Shown here piece after piece: positions 13,352 through 25,489 of a DNA stretch of 64,000 nucleotides. This DNA is from Heterodontus francisci (Eukaryota). A program made the position numbers and the translations under genes. Each line of letters opens with the position of its first letter. The first letter of the stretch is position 1. The notes beneath the pieces were generated by a model. It had not been told where the DNA came from, made no database searches, and saw only the letters and a program-made list of their open reading frames with translations. The stretch spans positions 204,762,298 through 204,826,297 of the forward strand of contig NC_090372.1 of assembly GCF_036365525.1 (NCBI RefSeq), read 5' to 3'.

Positions 13352-13689
13352 GCTAACAAGAAACAGAGAGTAGGCATAAATGGGTCAATTTCCGGTTGGC
13401 AAGATGTAACAAGTGGTGTGTCACAGGGATCAGTTCTCAGCCTCAACATTTTAGAATTTATTAAATGACTTGGATGAAGGGACAGAAGATATGGTTGCTA
13501 AATTTGCTGATGACACAAAGATAGGTGGGAAAGTAACCTGTGAAGAGGACATAAGGAGGCTGCAAAGGGATATAGATAGGTTAAGTGAGTGGGCAATGAT
13601 CTGGCAAATGGAGTATAATGTGGGAAAATGTGAAATTGTCCATTTTGGCAGGAAGAATAAAAAAGAAGCATATTATCTAAATGGTGAGG

Positions 13690-14022
13690 GTTTTGTTTTA
13701 TTCATTTTTGTGGGATGTGAGCATTGCTGGCTATGCCAGCATTTATTGCCCATCCCTAATTGCCCTTGAACTAAGTGGCTTGTTAGGCCATTTCAGAAAG
13801 CAATTTAAGAGTGAACAATGTTGCTGAGGGCCGTAAGGGCAGCAGATTTCCTTCCCTAAAGGACATTAGTGAACCAGATGGGTTTTTACAACAATCGACA
13901 ATGGATTCATGGTCACCATTAGACTAGCTTTTTTCAAAAAAATTCTAGATTTATTAATTGAATTCAAATTCCACCATCTGCTATGGTGGGATGCAAACCC
14001 ATGTCCCCGGAGCATTAGCCTA
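13690..14022 (-). mobile_element. Short LINE-tail/SINE-like insertion inside the host CR1
   Basis: It interrupts aatggtgag|...|gattgcagagctctgag and contains gccagcatttattgcccatccctaattgccctt, the reverse complement of the LINE tail at 33240. Confidence 0.65.
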
Positions 14023-15049
14023 GGATTGCAGAGCTCTGAGATATAGAAGGATCTGTGTGGCCTAGTGCATGAATAGCAACAGGGTAGTATGCAGTTACAG
14101 CAAGTAATTAGGAAGGTTAATAGAATGTTGCCATTTATTGCGAGGGGAATTGAATAGGGAGGTTATACTTCAGTTATACAGGGCATTGGTGAGACCTCAC
14201 TGGAGTACTGTGTACAGTATTGGTCTCCTTATTTAAGGAAGGATGTAAATGTGTTGGAAGCAATTCAGAGAGGTTTAATAGACTAATACCTGGAATGAGT
14301 CTTATGAGGAAAGGTTGCATAGGCTTGGCTTGTATCTGCTGGAGTTTAGAAGAGTAAGAGGCGACTTGATTGAAACATACAAGATCCTGAGGGGTCTTGA
14401 CAGGGTGAATGTGGAAAGGATGTTTCCTCTTGTGGGAGAATCTAGAACTAGGGGTCACTGTTTAAAAATAAGGGGTTGCCTATTTAAGACAGAGATGAGG
14501 AGAAATTTTTTCTCTCTGAGGGTCATGGGTCTTTGGAACTCTCTTCCTCAAAAGGCAGTAGAAGCAGAGTCTCTGAATATTTTTAAGACAAAGGTAAATA
14601 GATTCTTGATAAGCAAGGGGGTGATATGTTATCTGGGTAGGTGGGAGACAAGGTGACAATCAGATCAGCCATGATCTTGTTGAATGGCGGAGTAGACTCG
14701 AGGGGCCGAGTGGCCTACTCCTGCTCCTAATTCATATTTCGTATGTATGTTCGCATTAAACCAAGGCCCCGCCTGTCCTCTTGGGTGGACATAAAAGATT
14801 CCATGGTGTTATTTCAAAAAGAGCAGAAGCGCTCTCCAGGCACAGGTATGACGGGCCAAATGGCCTTCTTTCTTTGCTGTAAGATTCTGGATTATATGAT
14901 TACTGTATAACTTCTTTTCACCTGAGGGAATATCACAACGAAATGTTGCTATAGATTCTGAGCAGTAGTGGGAGAAATATCTGAAGATCAATTTAATATT
15001 TGTCTTCTTGTATAAGTTGTTATACAGTTGCAGTGGGCCTGCAGATTAA

Positions 15050-16920
15050 AGAATTTGTAGAGTGTGGCTTATGCCTGAAGAACCTGATGGAATGTTTTGA
15101 AAAGGCAACTGAAGTAGTGAACAGGGGCATGTCTATGGATGTTATTTATATAGACTTCCAGAAAGCATTTGATAAAGTCCCTCATAAGAGACTATCAGCT
15201 AAAGTTGGAGGTCATGGAATTGAAGTCAAATTATTGACCTGGCTGGGAATTGGCTGAGAGGCAGGAGACAGAGAGTAGGGTTAATGGGCAGATACTCTAA
15301 TTGGCAGGATGTGATTAATGGTGTCCTACAAAGATCGGATGTCCACCAAAGCTACTAAGTATCATCACCTCATTCCATGACAATATGAAAGGCACAATTC
15401 AACATGGTGGCTCCTCATCAGAGCCCTTTCCTATCCTGAGTGGTGTGAAACAGGGCTGTGTTCTCGCACCCACACTTTTTGGGATTTTCTTCTCCCTGCT
15501 GCTTTCACATGCGTTCAAATCCTCTGAAGAAGGAATTTTCCTCCACACAAGATCAGGGGGCAGGTTGTTCAACCTTGCCCGTCTAAGAGCGAAGTCCAAA
15601 GTACGGAAAGTCCTCATCAGAGAACTCCTCTTTGCTGACGATGCTGCTTTAACATCTCACACTGAAGAATGCCTGCAGAGTCTCATCGACAGGTTTGCGT
15701 CTGCCTGCAATGAATTTGGCCTAACCATCAGCCTCAAGAAAACGAACATCATGGGGCAGGATGTCAGAAATGCTCCATCCATCAATATTGGCGACCACGC
15801 TCTGGAAGTGGTTCAAGAGTTCACCTACCTAGGCTCAACTATCACCAGTAACCTGTCTCTAGATGCAGAAATCAACAAGCGCATGGGTAAGGCTTCCACT
15901 GCTATGTCCAGACTGGCCAAGAGAGTGTGGGAAAATGGCGCACTGACACGGAACACAAAAGTCCGAGTGTATCAGGCCTGTGTCCTCAGTACCTTGCTCT
16001 ACGGCAGCGAGGCCTGGACAACGTATGCCAGCCAAGAGCGACGTCTCAATTCATTCCATCTTCGCTGCCTTCGGAGAATACTTGGCATCAGGTGGCAGGA
16101 CTATATCTCCAACACAGAAGTCCTTGAAGCGGCCAACACCCCCAGCTTATACACACTACTGAGTCAGCGGCGCTTGAGATGGCTTGGCCATGTGAGCCGC
16201 ATGGAAGATGGCAGGATCCCCAAAGACACATTGTACAGCGAGCTCGCCACTGGTATCAGACCCACCGGCCGTCCATGTCTCCGTTATAAAGACGTCTGCA
16301 AACGCGACATGAAATCGTGTGACATTGATCACAAGTCGTGGGAGTCAGTTGCCAGCATTCGCCAGAGCTGGCGGGCAGCCATAAAGACAGGGCTAAATTG
16401 TGGCGAGTCGAAGAGACTTAGTAGTTGGCAGGAAAAAAGACAGAGGCGCAAGGGGAGAGCCAACTGTGCAACAGCCCCAACAAACAAACTTCTCTGCAGC
16501 ACCTGTGGAAGAGCCTGTCACTCCAGAATTGGCCTTTATAGCCACTCCAGGCGCTGCTTCACAAACCACTGACCACCTCCAGGCGCGTATCCATTGTCTC
16601 TCGAGATAAGGAGGCCCAAAAGAAAGAAAGACAAAGATCTTGTGTTGGAACCTCAACTATTCACTGTACTTATTATCAACTTAGATGATGGGATAGAAAG
16701 CCACATATCCAACTTTGTTGATGACACAAAGAGAAGCAACATTTGTAAGCTGTGTAAATGGAAGCATAAAATTACAAAGAGATATTGACAGATTAAGTGA
16801 ACGGGCAAAATGTGGCAAATGGATTTCAATGTAGACAAATGTGAGGTCATCCACTTTGGACCAAAAAAGGGTAGAAGAGGGTACTTCCTAAATGGTGAAA
16901 AGCTAGAAACAGTGGAGATC
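15050..16920 (+). mobile_element. Old CR1 RT fragment split by an RTE insertion
   Basis: [13 protein letters not shown] at 15000-15257, continuing as ISNFVDDTK...WQMDFNVDKCEVIHFG at 16631-16920. Confidence 0.8.
15337..16630 (+). mobile_element. Young 5'-truncated RTE LINE with an uninterrupted RT C-terminal ORF (15385-16572) and 9-bp TSD
   Basis: 395-aa open frame with GVKQG, LFADD and a terminal zinc-finger-like motif. (GAAA)n tail. TSD acaaagatc at 15328-15336 and 16631-16639. Confidence 0.95.
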
Positions 16921-17224
16921 CTAACAGCTCTTTTCAGCCCCTCAACCCTACTGGAAAATCTATTATCTCTTATGCCGACCATCGCTGTTATGGGAGTTAA
17001 GGGGGGGTGGGGGGTGAGCTATGAAGGAAGGTGGCTTATGGCCGAGAAACAGCCATGCTTCTGTCAGGAGGAGACAGAACCACTTAGCCCCTCCCCATGT
17101 CGCGCAGCCTCCCGCGTGGTCACGTGCGATCCTCATGAAGGCGATTGGTATGGAGCACTCACCTTGGCTGAAGGCAGGAGGTCATTGACCTTCTTTCTGC
17201 ACTGGACCCAGTTGCGCTAGGTGA

Positions 17225-17490
17225 CTCCACAGCTGCTATTTTGAAGAAGATCAGGGGAATTTACATGGTGCCCTGGCCAATATTTTTCTCTGAAATAACA
17301 CCACTGAAACAGATGATTTGGTCATTATAACATTGCTATTTGTGAGAGCTTGCTGTGCACACAATGGGCTTCCACGTTTCCTACATTACAACAGTGAGAC
17401 TACATTTCAAAAGTACTTCATTGGCTGTAAAGCGCTTGGGGATATCCTGGGATCATGAAAGGCGCTATATAAATGCAAGTTTTTTCCTTC
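17225..17490 (+). mobile_element. Deu-domain SINE 3' part
   Basis: ctattttgaagaaga.cagggg...ctggccaatattt...aagtacttcattggctgtaaagcgct...ggcgctatataaatgcaag. Confidence 0.75.
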
Positions 17491-18664
17491 TGTTATGTCC
17501 TTTACAACTCCAGATATTCATGATTTTCTACTCCCTTGTGAAGCTGCACTAAAAATCATCGGGCATTTCTTGACACAATGTCTGCTGACAATAAACATTC
17601 TTTAAAAGCAAATTTTCTCACTTTTTTCCCCCGATGTTGCAATGTAACTTGGATTCTCAAACAGCCTTCGTATCCTACAGGTTGTCAGAATAATTCGCTG
17701 GATTGTGCGCGATAGACAATAAATCCTTCAGGATTTGACGGTGTCCAATAAGATTTAAAGGTCAATTGATGCATTTATTTCCATTTTGCAGGTTCAAAAA
17801 AAATGCTTCAGTAATATTTAAGCTGCCCTTTTTCATAATCACTTTACTGCGACAGAATCAATGAAAAGGATTTTTAGAATTATTATTAATATGGGTGACC
17901 CATTTCCTGTTGTGTATCGATGACTTAAAATTACCTGAACACTCTCTTGCAGCAGAGAGCAGATAAGAGATTAATGGGTCAGATTGACCTCTTGGGTCCC
18001 ATTAAGGTTAACCCCATGAGCACCAACGGCAGGTTACCAGAAATCCTCCAGTGAGAAAATCAGTCAAGTTACGGGTCAAACTTGAGTGGAACAGAAGAGA
18101 AAAATTGGACAATAGGACGCAAAACCTAACACAAAACAGAGGGAAAAAACTGCCATTTCATCGACTGCTGTGTTAGGAATTATCATGCAAAAAAAAACCT
18201 CAGCTATATTGGTTGACCTTTAACAAGACCCTCCAGGGCTGATTGTAAATCCTGGAATTTTTTAGTGAGGGTTAGATTGGGGATTATCAAGCAACATAAA
18301 GGAGAAATAAATTACAATAATTAGTTGTTTAAAGGGATCTCATACTTCTGATTTTCGAGTAAATAATTCAATTTCTCTTCTCTTTCCCTTTGCCACCTGA
18401 TTGCTGTTAAGTGTTAGAAATGTTTTTCAGTTTCTCAGAAGTACTTTGTGAAGTTCTTGCATGAAGGAAAGGTTTACATTTATACAGCACCTGCTATCGC
18501 TCAGAAACATGCAATGAGTTGCTTTGAGGTCTTATGTGGGCAAATGTAATAGCCATTTTGCACAAAGCAAGATCCCACAAACAACATTGGGATGATTCTG
18601 CTTTGGGTTATAGCGGTTGAGGGAGAAAGGTTCCAGGGTAACAAGAGTACTCTCTGCTTGCCCT

Positions 18665-19625
18665 GGCATCAGCCTTGGCTCAGCTGTTAGCTCACTTGCC
18701 TCAGAGTCCAAGAGTTGAAGGCTCAAGTCCCACTCCAGAGACTTGAGCACATCATACAGGCTGGCATAGCTGGTGCAGTGTGGCAGCGCCACACTGTTGG
18801 AGAAGCAGGATGAATTTAGTCGTGGTAGCTGGGCTCCCAAAGCCAGGCTGAAAAGGCAAGGGGAACACTGCCTAGGCCCTTTGGAGCCACACCGCCCCCC
18901 ACCCCCCAGTGTGATTCAATGGCGCTCGGACAATTAACTGCTGGCACTGGGATCCCTGTCCCTTTAAGGATGGCGATCCCACCTCCGAGAGCTGAAGTCC
19001 CAGACCAAAGATGAGTGAGGTGGTGTCGCCAGGGCCAATCTGACAGGTACGAGCAATAGTGGAGGGGAGGCATTGAGGGCCAGGGGAGTGTTAACGGAAG
19101 GGTGGCCTTTGCCGCCAGGGGCCCTTCATGGGCCACAGACTGCCTACGGAGGAGGCTCCCCCACCAAACCTGCAGGGAGGCCATCTTGTTTAACAGGGTG
19201 ACCTCCCCATATGGTGGAGGCCCTCCTCACCACTAGCGTAATTCCAGCGGTGGCGGGAAGAGGCCCTTAAGTGGCTAGTGTTTGGCCTGGCTCCTGGAGG
19301 CCCATTAAATTCCGCCTGCAGTCTTTCAGACAGGACATTAAAGCAAGGCCACATCTGTCCTTTTGGGTGCACGTAGAAGATCCCATGGCACCTTTTGGAA
19401 ATGAGCGGGGTGGGGCGGGGCTTCTATCTGGTGTCCACGCCAATATTTATCCCTCAAACAACACCTAAAAGCAGATGATCTAGTCATTATCGTTTTGCTG
19501 TTTGTGAGAGCTTGCTGTGCACAAATTGGCTACTGCGTTTCCTACATTTCAACAGTGACTATAATTCAGAGGTACATCATTAACTGTAAGGTATTTGGAA
19601 TGCCTTGAAAAGCGCAAGTCTTTCC
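18665..19625 (+). mobile_element. Deu-domain SINE split by a MITE-like insertion
   Basis: Head cagccttggctcag...ggctcaagtccc to 18804. It resumes at 19320 with gtctttcaga...agatcccatggcac and the tail. Confidence 0.75.
18805..19319. mobile_element. GC-rich non-autonomous DNA transposon (MITE-like)
   Basis: Imperfect terminal inverted repeats gcaggatgaatttagt / attaaattccgcctgc sit exactly where the SINE is interrupted. Confidence 0.6.
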
Positions 19626-20754
19626 TTTTTTTTCAAACCTCAGTATTAACAAGAGTGATAGTCATCAATCTGTTCCCTGCTAAATGCACTAGAGAAAATA
19701 AAATAAATCACACTTACACTAATTCACCTTAATACTTTACAATATGCTTCTTCTTTGTAAGCGTCCTGTATGATACTCCTAATTTATCAGCTCTCACCAC
19801 CACTGACAGACCAGCATTTCCCCCTGGTGTCATGTCGCTCAAAATGCTTTCTTAAGGCACAACCCATGTTTGGACGGACAAAAACTATAATTACACTGCT
19901 GGGCATTTATCACAGTTCATTAGGGCACAGGATGAATCTGTCACCCCTTATTTACCCCATTGTACTGATGACATTGTTAACTCGTTCATTGCCAAAGGCA
20001 CCATTTGGCATCACTCCGTCTGTAGTAGTTGGTCCCAGACTGACACCAGATGGTGTTGTTATCGACTGCAGCTGCAGAAAAATGGACATTGGGTTTTATC
20101 ACAACGGCAAGTGCACAGCAAGATAAGTTTTGCAGAGATTTCCCTGCTATGCTTTATTTTAACATTACACTTTGCAGGAAGAAATGACAAAGTAGAATTC
20201 CAACTGCGAAGTGAACCAATTTGGTGTTTTATTATAAGATATTACTGCTGTAAGAGGGGAGAGTGCTCTTTCTCAATCCCAAGTGAGTCCTTGGCTATTC
20301 TGCTTTTTTCAATAAATCCACCCCTTACTTCTGACATATGTGACCCTGCATGAGAGCTGGTGCCCTCCTCTGTTTTTCCTTCCATTATCACAGGCTATTT
20401 ATCTTCCATTCCCTTCTAATAAAGCCCAGTGGTTCTATGTTTAGCAGTGAGTCCATCAATTTAGTACTACGCACAATTATTTGTGGTGCTTTGAAATCAA
20501 AGCTCAAAGCACCACAAATTCATATTCAACACTGTTCATTTGGAGCTAAACAGAGCGAGTAAGTAGCACAACTGAGCTCCTGTGAAAGCCCTGTTTCCTC
20601 ACGACCTTAGTTAACTCTTTCCTGTGGCTTATCTATTCCTCACCTGAAGTGGAACAAAGTGACAATAGTTAAGGTGAAAGTCAGGCCATCACTTTCTCAA
20701 TTATAAGCCAGTTACGCTACACAGTTTGCATCAACACAAAGAGGCTCTATCTCT

Positions 20755-21340
20755 TGATGGGTGAATGGGACTTGGTGCGAGTCAAGACATGGGCAACAGA
20801 GTTTGGGTGACCTCAAATTTTTGGAGGGTAGAATATGGGAGGCCGGCCAGGAGTGTATTACAATAATCAAGTCTAGAGGTAGCAAAGGCATGGCTGAGGG
20901 TTTCAGCAGCAGATGAGCTGAAGCAGTGGCAGAGTCGGGCGATGTTATGGAGGTGGAAATAGGCGGTCGGAGTGATGCCACTTTATGTGGCTCATCTCAT
21001 GGTCAAACATGTCACCAAGGTTTGAATACTCTGACTCAGCCTCAGACGGCAGGGTGAGGGAACAGAGTGGGTGATGAGGGAACGGAGTTTGTCATGGGGA
21101 CTAAAGACAATAGCTTCGGTCTTCCAAATATTTAATGGGAGAAAATTTCTGCTCATCCAGTACTGCATGTCGGACAAGCAGTCTGACAATTTTAGAGACA
21201 TCAAGGGGTTGAGTGAGGTGTTGGTGAGGTAGAGTTGGGTGTCATCAGCATGCACTTGAAAACAGACGCTGTGTTTTCGAATCATGTCGCCGAGGGGCAG
21301 CATGTAGATGAGAAATAGAGGAGTCCAAGGATAGATCCAG
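20755..21340 (-). mobile_element. L2 LINE RT remnant
   Basis: PLFLIYMLPLGD.IRKH...HADDTQLY...WMSRNFL.LN..KTE. Confidence 0.85.
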
Positions 21341-21439
21341 AGTGGCAAAGTCACTTGAGGCACTGAATAGCTGAGTCCAGGAATGTCCCAGGCTCAAGTC
21401 CCTTATCTTGGCTGGGACAACAGTAGTGATGCTCTAATT

Positions 21440-21852
21440 CCCCATTCATCACCTTAAACATTCACTCCCTCCACCACCGTGCACAGTGGCAGCAGTGTGT
21501 ACCATCTACAAGATGCACTGCAGCAATTCACCAAGCCTCCTTCAACAGCACCTTCCAAACCCACAACCTCTGCCACCTAGAACAAGGGCAGCAGATGCAT
21601 GGGAACACCACCACCTGCAAGTTCATCTCCAAGCCACACCATCCTGACTTGGAACTGTATTGCCGTTCCTTCACTGTCGCTGGGTCAAAATCCTGGAACT
21701 CCCTTCTAAACAGCTCTGTGGGTATACCTACCCCACATGGATGGCAGCGGTTCAAGAAGGCAGCTTACCACCACCTTCTCAAAAGCAATGAGGAATGGGC
21801 AATAAATACTGGCCTTGGCAGCGATGCCCACATCCCATGAAAGAAAAAAAAA
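21440..21852 (+). mobile_element. 3' ~400 bp of the Jockey/CR1-group LINE, inserted into an older SINE-like remnant
   Basis: Homologous to 26210-26610 (HSLHHR.TVAAVC region to A-tail). Confidence 0.8.
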
Positions 21853-22679
21853 TGGCCTCAGTATCCCTGCACTAGGAAAGGAAAAATTGGCCCAATTTTT
21901 CTGCAGTTATTTGATGACCTCTTCTGGAATTGCACATGTGTGGATTTTGACTGGGGGAGAGTTGGGGGGGGTGGGGTGGGACGCGGAGAGGGAAGAAGAG
22001 GACAGGCTCTTGTGGTTGAATAGCCAGCCAACACTCACTTTCCCTGCTCACATATTAGAGATGGAAGAAGGGTTTGCTGATTTTGAGTGAGATCAAAAAA
22101 CGCTATGTGTAGGGTTAAGAAAACCTGCCCTCTCATAAAGCGACGGGTCTTTGAACTCAAGCTAATGAGGTCAGATGTGTGGGATGCAGAAACGTAGCCC
22201 AGAGCATATGGAAGAGAGATTAATAATAAGTGAGGAGGCAAGCAATCAAATGGTGAGCACAAAGTGAGAGTATGGAGGCACGGATCTTAGGACAGGTAGT
22301 AGGAGGATTAAGAAGGAGAATGAAGGAAGGAATAACAAAAACAGAAAGAAAAAGGGCACTGAAGAATTTGAATGGATCAGGGTTTGTGCGAGAATCCATA
22401 AAATAGCAGAAATAAAGCCACTAATTAGAGTAGAGGGACATGGTGTTCTAGCCTTGACAGTGGTATTACTGCAGGCTGAGATTGAAGTATTTCTGGCTAT
22501 AAAATGTTAAGCAGAGATGGAAAAAGAGAGAAAGGGAGGAATTGCCTTGTTAATTAACACTGTGATCACAGCCTTGGAAAGCAGAGTTTTTATTAATGGA
22601 GTGTGAGCGGGGGTGTGGAGGGATGCTCAGATGGAATCTGCTGTGGTTTAGAAATAACAAGGAAAGCAGTTACCAAGTT

Positions 22680-23660
22680 TACCCTTTTTTACAGCCCTTT
22701 TATCTCCTCCTCACCGCCCAAGGCCCCAAACAGTCCCTCCAGGATAAACAGTGATTTATTTGTACTTCTTTCAATTGAGTATACTGTATTCGTTGCTCAT
22801 AATGCGATCTGCTCTACAGTGGGGACACCAAAAGTAGACTGGGTGACCGCTTTGCGGAGCAACTCTATTCGGTCCGGAAGCATGGCCCCGAGCTCCCAGT
22901 CGTGTGCCATTTTAATTCTCCACCTTGCCCCCACATTGACATCTCTGACCTCGGCCTCATGCAGTGTTCCAATGAAGCTCAACGAAAGCCCAAGGAACAG
23001 CACTTCATCTTTCAATGAGGCACTTTACAGCCTTCCAAGCTCAACTTTGAGTTCAACAATTTTAGATCATAACCTCTACCCTCATTTTGTTACAGTTATC
23101 TTTGGTGGTTTGGTGTTTTTCCCTCTTGTTTCTCTATTAATTACTTTGCTTTTGGACGGCAGCTAGTCAGGATCCTGCCATTCACAGCTCCTTTAGACAT
23201 ATTATTTATTCCTTTGAAAGTTCTGTTGAAAGGTCACAGATCTGAAACGTTAACTCTGTTTCTTTCTCCACAGATACTGTTGGACCTACTGAGTATTTCC
23301 AGCATTTTCTGTTTTTATTTTAGATTTCCAGCATCTGCAGTATTTTGCTTTTGTCTTTTGTTTCTTTACTTGTCCCATTACCACTCCCTTTGGCCTTACA
23401 ACATGAAATCTTTTGTCATTTAATCTCTCTTGCCTTTTACCCAATCACAGACCTTCCATTATGTTCTTCTTCCCACCCTCCCCCTCTCACTTGCTCAAAA
23501 CAGATTACATTTCTAACTTCTCCCAGTTCTCATGAAAAATCACAGAGCTGAAATGTTAACTCTGTTTTTCTCTCTACAGATGCTGCCTGACCTGTTGAGT
23601 ACTTCCAACGTTTTCTGTTTTTATTTCAGGTTTCCAGCATCCGCAGTATTTTGCTTTTAT
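22680..23660 (+). mobile_element. Decayed Penelope-like element with two tandem pseudo-LTR units
   Basis: 22700-23060 is homologous to the GIY-YIG coding region at 24700-25095. The terminal module repeats at 23219 and 23525 (306-bp period), each copy with a degenerate hammerhead motif. Confidence 0.85.
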
Positions 23661-24351
23661 ATATCGGTTACCACATTGGAAGGATATTACAACCCTATGA
23701 CTACTGGGTCAGTAATGGAAAATAAAAAGTGTAATATTAACAGTTATAATACTGGGGGGTTCTTCAGTATCCTAAGATAGACTGGAATAGGCTATGGGCC
23801 CTGACACATTCCAGCAATAGTATTGAAGACTTATACTCCAGAACTAGCCGTGCCCCCTAGCCAAGCTGTTCCAGTGCAGCAACAACACTGGCATCTACCC
23901 GCCAATGGGGAAAATTGCCCATGTATGTCTTGTACACAATAAGCAGGACAAATCCAACCTGGCCAATTACCACCCTATCAGTCTACTCTCGATCATTAGC
24001 AAAGTGATGGAAGATGTCGTCGACTGTACTATCAAGCTGCACTTGCTCAGCAATAACCTGCTCAGTGACGCTCAGTTTGGGTTCTGCCAGGCCATTCATC
24101 TCCTGACCTAATCACAGCCATTGTCCAAACATGGACAAAAGAGCTGAACTCAAGAGGTGAGGTGAGAGTGACTGCCCTTGACAACAAGGCAGCATTTGAC
24201 CAAGCCCTAGAAAAACTGGAATCAATGGGACTCAAGGGACAAATTCTCTGCTGGTCGGAGTCATACCTAGCACAAAGGAAGATTCTCCCAGTTTCTCCGT
24301 CTCCGACGCATCTGCTCTGATGATGCTACCTTCCATGACGGTGCTTCTGAT

Positions 24352-25095
24352 ATGACCTTTTTCCTCAACCGAGGATTTCCCCCCACTGTGGTTGACAGGG
24401 CCCTCAACCGTGTCCGGCCCATTCCCCGCAGTTCTACCCTCACCCCTTCCCCTCCCTCCCAGAACCGTGACAGGGTTCCCCTTGTCCTTACTTTTCACCC
24501 CATCAGCCTCCATATCCAAAGGATCATCCTCCGCCATTTCCGCCACCTCCAGCGTGATGCCACTACCAGTCGCATCTTCCCCTCCCTTCCCCTGTCAGCA
24601 TTCCGAAGGGATCATTCCCTCCGCGACACCCTGGTCCACTCCTCCATTACCCCCACCACCTCGTCCCCGTCCCATAGCACCTTCCCCTGCAATCGCAAGA
24701 GGTGTAATACCTGCCCATTTACCTCCTCTCTCCTCACTATCCCAGGCCCCAAACACTCCTTTCAGGTGAAGCAGCGATTTACTTGTACTTCTTTCAATGT
24801 AGTATACTGTATTCGCTGCTCACAGTGTGGTCTCCTCTACATTGGGGAGACCAAGCGCAGACTGGGTGACCGCTTTGCGGAACATCTCCACTCAGTCCGC
24901 AAGCAGGACCCTGAGCTTCCGGTTGCTTGCCATTTCAACACTCCCCCCTGCTCTCATGCTCACATCTCTGTCCTGGGATTGCTGCAGTGTTCCAGTGAAC
25001 ATCAACGCAAGCTCGAGGAACAGCATCTCATCTACCGATTAGGCACACTACAGCCTGCCGGACTGAACATTGAGTTCAATAATTTCAGAGCATGA
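24352..25095 (+). CDS. PLE RT-thumb/linker plus GIY-YIG endonuclease (N-terminally truncated transposon ORF)
   Basis: CNRKRCNTC linker and NVVYCIRCSQCGLLYIGETKRRLGDRFAEH...VACHF...E..LI..L.T..P.GLN. Confidence 0.85.
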   Translation: MTFFLNRGFPPTVVDRALNRVRPIPRSSTLTPSPPSQNRDRVPLVLTFHPISLHIQRIILRHFRHLQRDATTSRIFPSLPLSAFRRDHSLRDTLVHSSITPTTSSPSHSTFPCNRKRCNTCPFTSSLLTIPGPKHSFQVKQRFTCTSFNVVYCIRCSQCGLLYIGETKRRLGDRFAEHLHSVRKQDPELPVACHFNTPPCSHAHISVLGLLQCSSEHQRKLEEQHLIYRLGTLQPAGLNIEFNNFRA

Positions 25096-25452
25096 CAGCC
25101 CCCCATTTTATTTTCATTTTTAGTTATTCTTTCTTCCTTTTTATTTTTACATTCATTTTTACATTTTTTACAATCTTTTTTTTGCATTTATTTCATTTCA
25201 TCTTAGTTTGTTCAGTTTGCTTACCCACTGTTTTTTTTCAGGTTTGCACTTGCTGCTGTTCAATATTCAGTGTATTAACACCTAATCTGTACTAATGCTT
25301 TGTCTTTCAACACACTATTAACATATTGTTTGCCTTTGCTCCGTGACCTTTTGGTCAGCTATGTGGCCTGGTCCAATCTAGACCACATTTGTTATCTCTT
25401 GCCCCACCCCCACCTCACTTGCTTATAACCTGTGACTTTTCTAATATTTGTC

Positions 25453-25489
25453 AGTTCCGATGAAGGGTCACTGACCCGAAATGTTAACT
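25453..25489 (+). ncRNA. Minimal hammerhead-like motif (CCGATGA core variant) in the PLE terminal repeat
   Basis: agtt-CCGATGA-a-gggtc(act)gaccc-GAAA-tg-TT-aact. Confidence 0.65.

Larger units (their letters stand above)
8525..14750 (+). mobile_element. Decayed CR1 LINE ORF2 and 3' UTR hosting three nested insertions
   Basis: APE motifs (TETW, GGRVALLI, VVYR.P, LDLVL, SDH) at 8525-9250, RT motifs (YLDFQKAFD, KFADDTK) at 12271-13690, C-terminus at 14315-14656, and a (tatg) tail. Confidence 0.9.

Noticed and set aside
24352-25095. Homing endonuclease or UvrC-like horizontally acquired gene
   Set aside because: The linker cysteines, terminal module, TSD and two paralogous remnants identify it as a Penelope-like element.
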